Positions 53,388 through 63,859 of a stretch of DNA of 64,000 bases are shown here, piece after piece. How positions within the stretch are numbered: position 1 is the first letter of the stretch; each line of letters starts with the position of its first letter. A model generated the notes under the pieces. The model was not told the DNA's origin. It ran no database searches and saw only the letters and a program-made list of their open reading frames with translations. Source of the stretch: Heteronotia binoei (taxonomy: Eukaryota); assembly GCF_032191835.1 (NCBI RefSeq), contig NC_083228.1:59458001-59522000 (forward strand). Direction: 5' to 3'. The translations under genes were made by a program, and so were the position numbers.

Positions 53388-54184
53388 CAGGGGTGTCAAA
53401 CTCATAAGGGTCAAATCTGACATAAATGAGAATTTATCATGCCGAGCCATATTGTGTTGGGCCGGGCCATATGTGTACATATTTATGCTTAGGTAGCAGA
53501 TTTATAAACTTTATAAAGGACACAGACAAACACAAAGTTTTTTTTTTAACTCTTTAAACATTAGTACCAAAGTTTTCTCTAAGATATGGAGTCTAGTGAG
53601 CAAAAGTTCTACTTTGTGAGCTATTGGCATGAAAGCTGTGAGCTGCTGTATTAATTAGTTTGCTCTGGGGCCATTTTTCCTGAGCTAAGACAAAAATGTG
53701 TGAGCCAGAGGCTTAAAAATTGTGAGTTAGCTCACACTAATTCAGCTTAGAGGGAACACTGATTAGTACTTGTTCATCTTAAAGGTGCTTTCTTTTTATT
53801 TCTCCTCCATGGGATCCACGGAAAGGCAAAAGTAGCTCTGGCTCATTCTTTTCTTCCCCAGGGAACCAGGAGAGGGAGGAGCCTCAGCCAATAGAAGGAA
53901 GAGAGGCTTCACTTAGTAGCGCTGCTGTGCCATTGAGAGAGCCTAGTAAAGCAAGCTATCCCTCCCCCCTTCCTCCCCAAAGGAGGAGCCTCAGCCAATG
54001 GAGAAAATAGAGGTTTTGCTCTGTAGCTCCTGTGTGATTGAGCAAACCTGGCAAAGCAAGCTGTGATGCCAAAGGAAACAAGAGAGAGGGAGAAGGAAGC
54101 AGATGACAGCCAGTTGCTTGAGGGCCTAACAGAAGCTCTCCAGGGGCCTGATTCAGCCCCCAGGCCACATGTTTGACACCCCTG
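53388..54184. mobile_element. Non-autonomous hAT element (CAGGGGTGTCAAAC TIR) with nested MITE
   Basis: TIRs CAGGGGTGTCAAAC / GTTTGACACCCCTG. TSD not conserved. Confidence 0.8.
53568..53761 (-). mobile_element. Nested hAT MITE, same family as 36673-36866
   Basis: End CAGCTTAGAGGGAACACTG, exact TSD ATTAGTAC on both sides. Confidence 0.88.
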
Positions 54185-56045
54185 ATTTAGACTAACCAAA
54201 TCACACAACTTTTTAAAAAACAAGAACCCCACAGTAATAAAAAGACTGGCAGTCCCATCTTCCATGATGTTGTTATATCGTATTCCACAACTGATCCTGT
54301 TCAATAAAAGTTGTGGCTGCTTCACCTGCCTGCATCTCTGTGACATCTTCAGATATAGAACTAACATTGCCCTTTTAATATAGTTATCTCTATGATGGGT
54401 CAGACACCGTAAAAAGAGGGACCATTAAGTTCTCCACAACACTGAAATGATGAAAGAATGAAGGGGAAAGTTTTAGCAACCCAATGTCCTCCTGGTTCTC
54501 ACCACTCATAATTACTTCTAGTGTGATGATAAAGCCAGCAACTAGGCTACCTGAAGTGGAAGGTAGTAGAGGAAGAGGATAATAAAGTGTCTTGGAATGA
54601 TAATGAGTAAATTTTAGCAATCAGTCAAAGATGAAGGGGAATTAACAAAATGAATGGCTTCATGGGTCAAGTATTCACCTGAATAACATTAATATCACAG
54701 TGATTCTACCAGTCTGTAACACTGCTGTGATGTGCATATATCTGTTCCCCCACCCCCACCCAGACCTTTCCCCCTTGGAGACCATAGCCAAGAACTGAGT
54801 CCACAACCTCAGATATGATAATCTGTGTTATTCCACTGAAGACTCCCTTTAACTATTGAGCTATATAGTTTCATCCACACGCAGCCTCTTCAATTAGCAT
54901 CTTTTCTTCCTGCGACTGTGATGTAAGGTTGTTTCTTTCTGCAGAAGGATGCCTGGGTTCTATCCCTGCTACAGTTTCCTTTTTACATCTAAAATTATTC
55001 TTGCCATCTATACCCTCAAAATGGAGGCTTTACCATGATGACCAGAGTTCCCTAGATTGGAACCCAAACTTACTTCTTCAGTTTTCCATAACATTTCCAT
55101 TTTCCACTGCACTAAGAGGCAGTTTATAACATTCCCTCTTGTGATTTTGTTATGGTGGATTCACTTCTTCTTTGTGTATGGAGTATACATTCCTCATGGC
55201 AGCTCATGGTGGAAGTACGCACATGATATTTCTATGCTATAGATTTATAGTGGTTTTATATTGATTTACCCATTATGCTTTGCCACTGAAAATCCTAAAA
55301 ACTGGTTGTCTGGAGAAGAATTATCTGTTAGAAGTCTCTAGAACCCTCACAGAGAGGTTCCCTGCAGAGCAGGAATGACTGTTAAACAGCTTGGTGGCTA
55401 TGGTGCACATAAGTGCTATGACTGCAGTTCTCTTTCAATCCAAAAATTTGAGAGAGGGAGAGAGTTTCCATCACAACATAGTTTTTGTTTAAATCAAATG
55501 AAGGTGTTTGTAAGAATCTAGGGTCAGCCTTAACGATTCTAGGATCCCAGGCAAAAGTCCAGGATGGGGTCCCAGAATTATTACTGCTGCTGCCACTGGG
55601 CCAAGCACTCACCCTGTGCAAAAGGGAGAATCAACAACCAGAATCCAGTTGCCTAACCCCCAGACATGGTGGGCACAAGTGCTGGCAGCCACCTGCTCTT
55701 CTTCTTTTCCCCCTCTTTCAGGGGGACATGGGTGGTCAGGGCATTTAACCATGGGACCTGGGGCAGCTGCTCTTGTTGTCCATGTGCTAAGACTGCTTCA
55801 GTAGCAATCTAAACTGTAACATGGAATAAACTCATCTTAGCCTATCTGTTTGTAGGAATTTTTTCTATATGGGTCATGGTGGTTAAGGTACACTGCATTG
55901 AATCCAGTGATGCATGAGCAGGAAGTTAAATTGACATAACACAGTTTTGGTTGTACAAGCAATAGCACAAAGGTCTACTGGTGTATGGACCAAGAAAGAG
56001 ATAATAAAATCTGTGATCACACTGAAGAAGCTCTTTTAGCACTTA

Positions 56046-57842
56046 CAGCCCAATCCAGACATACGTGGCGGGCAGGCACTCGGGCGTGGGTGGATCTACG
56101 GTGCCACTTGTTGGCTTCCAAAGGGGAGACGGAATGCCAAGCCATTGGCCCACTGCCGAGGCGGGGGTGGGGGAGGCGCAGGCTTGCGCGGGACGATGGG
56201 ATTGGCAGCCCGTTGTACATAACCAGGCGAGGGGGCAAAAAGCCCATGCCTGAGAGGCCATCAATCCCCCACTCCCTCCCGCTGTTAGAGACTCTGCCAA
56301 TGGCAAGCTGACGGCCAGGGGCATGCGCAGACAAGCAGGAAGTGCCAAGTGCAGGAGTTCCCTGTCCTAGACAGTGGCTGGAATGTGTGTCTGGGAGCGG
56401 CCAGACCAAGTCCAAAAGACACCACCACCAGCACCTGGGCCCTCCCCTGGTGTTGCCCTGCTGCTGCCCCCTGCTATGTACAAGGAACACCTCACCTGGG
56501 AGCCACAGAACTCAGAGTGCAAGCCACTGGACATGCATCCACTTCAGCACACACACCCCAAGTGCCTAGTGCACAGCAGCCCTGTGCGGTCGGGTAGGCC
56601 GTCAGCCCGGGCAGGGGCTCCGCTCTGGGCAGTGGGCAGAAGCAGCTGAGGGAGTGGGGGGGTGGAGCAGCACACGCAGAAGCCTCTGCATTGCAGTCCC
56701 ATCTGCAAAACAGAGACAGAGATCAAGAGCACCTGCAGGGGCAGCGGCTGGAAGAGCAGGCTGCGTTTCAACTGAGCACTCTCTTCAAAGGACAGTCTCT
56801 GACCCATCTCCCCGCAATGGGCAGCTGCCACACACACACACACACCCTGTACCCTGCCAGGGGTTGGGAACATGGCAGAGGGCAGACCAAGGGAAGGGAG
56901 CAGGCAGCAGCACAGGGGAGCGAGGTCAGCAGATCTCTCTGCCGGAGCCCACTGCCTGGTTCAAGTGCCAGAGATGCTCGCACACCAAGTGGTTGAGAGC
57001 GAGGGGAGGGAGAGGCTGAGAGAGTGCAGTGGAACTTACCTCTTACAGTCCTCACATGCAGAGCCTCTGGGAGCCCAGAACCTGCGGAGACCTGGAAACA
57101 AGAGCAGTTAGCCCCAGGGGAGAGATCTCTCTCTCCCCCACGCAAGTCAAAGATACTGTCAAAGCAACCGTGAGGTGCAAAACCCGTCACCAACATGCCT
57201 GCCTGCCTGTCGCTCCCTCTAAGTCTGTATGGGTGGGAGCTCGCCGGCAGAACTTCCCACCATGCACTCCTCTCCCTAACAACTGAGTTGTGTGAGGCCA
57301 GAGCAGAAGTATTTCTAGGAGAGGGGAGACCGCGGAAGTATTTCTAGGAAGGGGGAGACCGCGATTGGGTGCTGGGGAGGGGGCTCGTCAACTCAAGGTG
57401 CAAGGGGATTGGTGAGGCAATTACGTCGCTCCCTAAGGGGTTTGCGAGCTTCTGCAGCGACGGAGGCAACCTTTGTTTTTGGTTTCAACGAGTGCCTATG
57501 GGGCATGCCGCCATTTTTGCAGACATAAAGCTGCACCTCTCAAGGGGGGGCGTGTCATGGGCCAAACTGCTCAGGAAGCCGCTTAAGCCTGGCCATGCCC
57601 CCAACTCTACCCCCTCCTCCGCCTGAACACCACACTCCTCCTCACTTCTGCCCACGCTCAGGTGCAGCCCTCAGGCGCCACTGCCCTTGGGTGGAGTGGC
57701 GCTTGGGCGGCCCCCCACCCAGGTACCTCCCCCTCCACTGCGGCAGTGCCGGTCGTATGTTGGCGCAAACCCTTCCTGCGCCCATGTACCAGCTCGTCTG
57801 CTTCCAAAAGACTTTCCACCCCCGCCCCTCTGGATTGCGCTC
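56046..57842. mobile_element. About 1.8-kb GC-rich non-autonomous PIF/Harbinger-like element
   Basis: TIRs CAGCCCAATCCAGA / TCTGGATTGCGCTC, 3-bp TTA on both flanks (56043-56045, 57843-57845). Confidence 0.7.
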
Positions 57843-58074
57843 TTAAACTCTTAGCTTTGTGATTTCTTAGCTCTTGGAAACATTTGGATTCCATCACAAT
57901 TCCCAAAGATAACCACAGGCACATAGTACTGAACTCAGGAGGAAATGAACTTTAAATACACAAATCAAGGTAATGGATGATTTCTCATTGTTGGTCCTCT
58001 CTGTAATTACCATCTATAGCGATACGTACAACATTAAGGTTAGAAGACTGCATTTTTATCGACTTTTCTTTTAA

Positions 58075-58260
58075 TCCTGATCAAGCCTGATCTCATCAGA
58101 TCTGTCAAACAAAGCAGGGTTGACTCCAGCAAGTACTTGGATGGGAGACCTTCTTGGAAAGCCAGTAGTCAGGAGGACAGGGGCAGACTTCATTCAGCCA
58201 CTCTCTGAATATCCTCCAGGCCCCAGTAGGGGTCAGTCACCAGAAGTCACCATGACATCA
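58075..58260 (+). mobile_element. 5S rRNA-derived SINE
   Basis: AGCCTGATCTCATCAGATCTG...AAGCAGGG...AGTACTTGGATGGGAGACC followed by a non-5S body. Confidence 0.8.
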
Positions 58261-61200
58261 AAAAAATGCAAAACAACAAAGTATTATTGGATGTCTGAGC
58301 TCAAGCAACAGATGGAATAGACCCTAACAATTAGCTTGACGGTAGTTGTGATATCCAGAGAGAGAGAGAATCAGGGAGCAGAGAAAGAGAAGCCTCACTG
58401 GGCAGGCAACCTAGGAAGTCTGCGTAATTTTCTCATTCCCACGTGGGCAGGAGTGAACATTTGTGAGACCATTCCCCCACAGTGAGGGGATACTTTGTGC
58501 CATATCTTATGCTCACAGAAAAGATAGTGGGGGTGCAATTGCTTTTGCATGGCACAATCATTCAGCAAGGAGCAACTGTAGTGCCTCTTCTTGTGCAAGG
58601 ATTGTTGCACATGCAGAAATCTTCCCTGGGATCCAATGCACTGAGAACCTGTGGTGAACACATTTGAGTGTATTTTTCACAAGGAGGTTAATAACCTTCA
58701 TATTCCAAGGACCACGATGTAGAATTCAGAAAATTGATTTGCACCCTAGTTGGAAAGTGAATTATTGTTTTTTATTTGTTTGTTTGTTGCAAAATTACAT
58801 GTCAGTCAAAAGCATAAAGGGAGCTGAATTGTCATTGCTGAGAATCTTGGAGACATTTACTCTCAAGTCTGGCTGTGTTCCACTGAAGAAGGAAAAACTG
58901 GCTTTAAAGTTCTAACAGCCCTAAACAACAACATCTTAAAGATGATGACTCAGTGTTTTGACAAGGTTTTTAAAATATTTTACACATGAGCATATGAACA
59001 AATTTCAATCTGGGCTTCATATTGAAATAAGCTTGTTCTTCTCAGACATTAGTCTGCCATTCTTTGCCTTCTGGGGCCTATTAATATAATGTTTATGCAT
59101 TTCATAGCAAAGCAAAAGAAAATACTTTGAGCCTAGCCCTAAAATCTGGGTGTAACTTCAAATAAACATGAACAACAGTGCAATGAAACTGGGAATAAAT
59201 CATAGAAGAATGGCATAATGAAATGATGAGAGTATGAAATTATCTTTCCTCCATCATCTTATTATCTCTTTCTTCTTCTTCAACTCCACTTTAATGACAT
59301 CTTTATGGTACATCATTGAATTCTAAAAATCTAAAATAAATGATTTTCAGACTAATGCAAGCTGAGGAGATAGGCTTTGCTGTTAGGCTTCCTCAGTGGT
59401 CCTTGTAGAAGCATTAGTAGCTGGTGACTATTAAAACTGCGGGAAAAAGTATAGCCAGAGAAAGAAGCTAAAATATGGCTTGTATAGCTGGCTGCCAAGG
59501 AGAAGCCTTAGGGAATGGGCCCTAGGGGGATCCTGATAAACCATGTTACTCTTAGAGACAGTCTCTCCATTGCTGTATCTTTGTTAATCAGCTTACAGGC
59601 CACTAGTGTTTCTAGGTGCTTCAAACAATGTATAAATAACCTGCACATTTTAAGGGGTTGGTTCATAAAGGGGGCAACTTAGAATTTTCTGCAACATAGA
59701 TATTGCAAAAACATCATTGGTCTCTAGTACTCACTCTTCACAAGGAGACCAATAGTGTAAAAGAGTGTTCAAAAAACTTCCCACAATCTGGAGGAAGTGG
59801 GGAGCGCAGAACTATAGGAATTTGATTAAATGTTATTAATTCAGCTATCAAAGTGCCTATTTTATTGACAACTTCCACAATAGATCAGGAAATAGAAACC
59901 CAGGTCAGAGAATCATGAAACAAGGTGCAGGGGTATCTTAGACCAATGGCTGTCATATTTTCTATCCCTTGGGTACCTTTTCCACACTGATTTGCCTGCT
60001 CAAAAACTCTCATTGGCTGCCATATCCCTCCCTACATACTGTAGAGGATTCAGGGATAAGATCTAAAGTGCAGCTCCAGTTTGTGTTGGACCTAGCTGCC
60101 TTTCAGGCAGCTTGTTCACCATTAGTGATTCCTTATCAAGTAACCCTAGGGTATTTAGAATACAGTCTGAAAACCACAACTATACAGTACCATACTCTGC
60201 AAACTGAATAGTTGATATACTCCCTTTAAGACAAACTGCAGTCAATTCTTCCTCAGAGTCTCAATGGGAATATAATCCCTGACAGCCCCTATTGTTGCCC
60301 TAGGCCCTATAACCTTTCCATTAGGAGCAAGAGCGTTCCAGGTTCTCCATTTTCAGAAACTCATTCTTTCCTGAATGCACAACAGCTAAAGTGCTTTTAA
60401 TACAGATATATAGCTAACAAAAAGGTCAGATGCATAGGTGATATGTAAAGCAGTATGAGTTACACATTAACTCCAAGGGAGTTTGCATTGGTGTAATTTA
60501 TACTCACAAAAACAGCCAAAGTGTGATAGATGCAGTGTTCTATCTAGCTGCCATCGCCAGGACTTACGTTGTGTGTTGTGTTATTCCTTTGTATTGTTCT
60601 GTTGTGTAATGCTATCCCTCAAACATCTGCACATTTGCAACACTGATCTGTGTTAGAGCTACAGGTGAGGTTGTAATTTGTTGTGCTTTACCATCTGTCC
60701 TTGCAGTCTTGACTTGCCCAACCCTCTTGGGAATTATTTCACATGAGCAAAAACCATGCTTGTTTAACCACAGTTAAAATTCACCTTCATGTCCATTTCT
60801 TTGGAGAGTTTCTGGAAAATAGATACAATATCCAGGTACCATACAGGTAATAACCTCCAGGTGGAGGTCGACAGGTGCAATTTAAAATGTTAAGGTAATT
60901 ATGCAGCCCTTCCAAAATAGTTGGTTTTAAGAGCACAAGTGCTTGCTTTCTCGTCTGCTAAAGAATGCTAATAAAATTGAACATCCTGGCAAATTAAACC
61001 ATTCTTCCCACAAATCTATAAATCAGACCTTCCAGTTTGTTCAATACATGGCTTTGCTGCTGCCCTGGTGTGTTATATGCCAGTGCTGGCAAAAGACTTT
61101 CATGATGGTCACAGTGGAACTGTTAATGGATGATGAATCTACAAAAAAAAAAAAATCCTAGTAACTTGTAGGATCAAGATTAATTGGACATGATAGTAGC

Positions 61201-61555
61201 AAAGTGAAAGTACTGGGGACTGACTGACTTGGTGGGCAATGAATCTTGTGAATGTGTCTCTTTCTGATATTTTTCAGGATTTCAGCTCACCATTTCTTGG
61301 CTTTATCTACAATCAAAAGTTTTCTAAAAAAGTTGATCTACAATCAAAAGTTTTCCAGAAGGTGAACTAGTGTTGAAAATGTGCTAGAAAATTGACAAGC
61401 TTGGTCCATCACACCAAAGACTCTAAACTTGTTATGGTTCCCCATCCTCACTGCATTGTCAAAGTTATCATATTAATCATTCCCACATCTAAGACAGAAC
61501 CAGGACCAGAAGAAAAGAAACAGGAGATACTCCAAAGTCCAACAGATCCAAAACC

Positions 61556-61763
61556 GGGGGGAGGGACGGTGGCTCAGTGGTAGAGCATCTGCTTGGGAAG
61601 CAGAAGGTCCCAGGTTCAATCCCTGGCATCTCCAAAAAAGGGTCCAGGCAAATAGGTGTGAAAAACCTCAGAGACCCTGGAGAGCCACTGCCAGTCTGAG
61701 AAGACAATACTGACTTTAATGGACCAAGGGTCTGGTTCAGTATAAGGCAGCTTCATATGTTCA
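61556..61763 (+). mobile_element. Young tRNA-derived SINE
   Basis: Same family as 50584-50798. Confidence 0.9.
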
Positions 61764-61950
61764 TATATACACATTGCTATATGGGGAAATCCTGTACAAG
61801 ATCATGTATGGTATGCTGCACAAGTGTTTTTTCCATACTAGTTTGATATGTATTGACTACCTTACCAATGTATTTACAGCAAAATCTACAGCCATGCCAT
61901 ATTTTGCAAATAATGGATGTTTTCTACTTGGAGATTGTTTCTGTTCAATA

Positions 61951-62385
61951 CAGGCCTCATTTTGGGCAGGAGCTCACAGGAGCAGAGCTATAGAACCTCT
62001 AAATTTTATTGTGCTCTTTCTTTCTTACCCCTCCCCCCAAAATTGCTTCTGGGGTCGATTGTTCGACCCCCCCCCCCGGTGAGAATTTTGCTGAACTTTG
62101 ACAAACTTTCTAATATTTTTCCCCACAAAAAATGGGAAAATAATCATAACATATAAAGCAAACAGATGGAATTCTTCATCATGCCACTATGGCAACATAG
62201 GAGAAAGTAATTTTAAAATTATGATGGGAATAAGGTTTTATTATGACAATTATAATTCAAGAAGCATTTTAAGGTAGATGCTGAGCTGATATAATCTAGT
62301 ACACATTCTGGTGATGTCAGGGGTATGTGGCATATGCAAATGAGTTGTGCTAAGTGGCACTTATTTTTCTATAAAATGACCCCTG
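61951..62385. mobile_element. hAT MITE carrying an ATGCAAAT octamer
   Basis: Ends CAGGCCTCATTTT / AAAATGACCCCTG, TSD GTTCAATA / ATTCAATA (7/8). Confidence 0.8.
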
Positions 62386-63198
62386 ATTCAATACAAATGT
62401 CATAAGTAAATGTAATCTGAAGAGATTTGGACTGAAGCCAGAGGATGGTCAGAGAAACAGGTCTAACAGCAGTAAAAGCAGAAAAAAGGAAAGATCTATA
62501 TAGGAGAAAACTTTTTAAAAGTTTGTTGCTGCCTGTACAAAATTGTGAATAGAAACAGGACTTTATACAAATCGGGAGCCCATTCAATCTGAGCCTTAGG
62601 AAGAAAGGGAAAGGTCCCAGGGCAGTATAGTTATTAGCATGAGAACATTCCTCTATGATCCCAAGGACTGTATAACCAAAGAGAGATGTTTTATAATGTT
62701 TTGTGGAAAGAACCTAGATCCAAAATCCACCAGGCCTTAACAGGCCTCTTACCTGCCTTCCTTGTATCCTTGGCCTGCAGTGTTTTTCTTAACACCATTT
62801 CACAACACCTGGCTTCAACCTTATGAAGTGCCATTCCCTAAGGTCATGCCTATGTAAAAATGGGAGAGGGTGGTTTGTTAGCATGTGAGTGGTTTAGTGA
62901 CCAGATTTATACCATGTAGAAGTCTACTGTGGCACACAGCGTTGAAAGCTGTGTTGTACTGCAGATTTCTCAGGATCATCAGAACATAATGTTTTAATTA
63001 TTTTAATGCATTTTTCTAGCGTCTGGAAGTTTGTGCAAGGGAGCCTTGAAGGCCTTCAAGAAATAATTACTAAGGGCTCAGAAACCAAACAGTCTGGAGG
63101 GCAGAGCTTTCAGTAGTAAGGTAAACTCATTGTTAGGCATAGAATTTATTAGCCTACCCTAACAATGCAATCCTGAACAGAGTTATACCATTCTAAAT

Positions 63199-63859
63199 TA
63201 GGGTTGCCAAGTCCCATTTTAAAAATATGTGGGGACTTTGGGGGTGGAGCCAGGAGACATTGCGGTGGAGCTAGGGGGAGGGGGAAAACAGCGCTGGGGA
63301 GCATGGCTGCTCCTCCGAGATGGGCTCAAGCTGGGCCCATCTCGGAGGAGCAGCTGCGGGGGGGGGGCAGCGACATCGTGCGCTCCGCTCCGCCTCTGGG
63401 TTGGAATCGGGGGCTGCTGCAGGAGGGAGACATGCCGGCCTACCGCGGCCTGCTGGCCCAGTGCCTTGTGGGGCTGCCCGCCCCGCCACTGCCGGCCGCT
63501 GAGCACGTGTCCCGCTTCCGTCCCTTGCAGATTTCCAGCCCCTGCGAGGTGGTCGGGAGGGTGGTGGGGCGGATGTGCGCACAGGGCAAGAAGAACGTGC
63601 TGGCCTCCAGCTACGCCCTGCTGACTGAGAGCAGAGCCCCCTTGCCCGGCTTGCCCGCCCTCGGCAGCCTTTGGCCCAACAGCGCCACGGAGGAGCAGCT
63701 GCGCAGGGAGGGGGCGGCGTCGCCCACTCTGGGATGGGGTGGCTCGCCATGGTTGTGGCACCGTTTCCCCCCTCCCCCCGCTTCTGGTTTTTGGGGGAGC
63801 GGGGGAAGAGGGTGTAAATCCTGGCGTCCCCCGCCAGAGCGGGAGGGTTGGGAAGCCTA
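63199..63859 (+). mobile_element. Pack-type hAT element (family C-like left end) carrying a TERT fragment
   Basis: TIRs TAGGGTTGCCAA / TTGGGAAGCCTA, exact 8-bp TSD TTCTAAAT (63191-63198, 63860-63867). The first ~70 bp match family C MITEs. Confidence 0.9.
63411..63693 (+). pseudogene. TERT: Captured telomerase reverse transcriptase fragment (TEN domain, exon 1 3' part plus exon 2 5' part)
   Basis: GLLQEGDMPAYRGLLAQCLVGLP...QISSPCEVVGRVVGRMCAQGKKNVLASSYALL...WPNSATE aligns with recalled human TERT [23 protein letters not shown]...[32 protein letters not shown]...LPNTVTD and chicken QLSSQSEVITRIVQRLCEKKKKNILAYGYSLL. No RNA-binding or RT domains present. Confidence 0.9.

Noticed and set aside
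54390-54577. Minus-strand exon with a strong acceptor (GSLVAGFIITLEVIMS...)
   Set aside because: No recognisable homology and no partner exons; may be a chance pyrimidine tract.
58085-58150. 5S rRNA gene (also 40880-40946)
   Set aside because: Partial, diverged 5S sequence joined to SINE bodies.
60549-60665. Plus-strand exon bounded by TAG and CAG|GTGAG
   Set aside because: Stops in all three frames.
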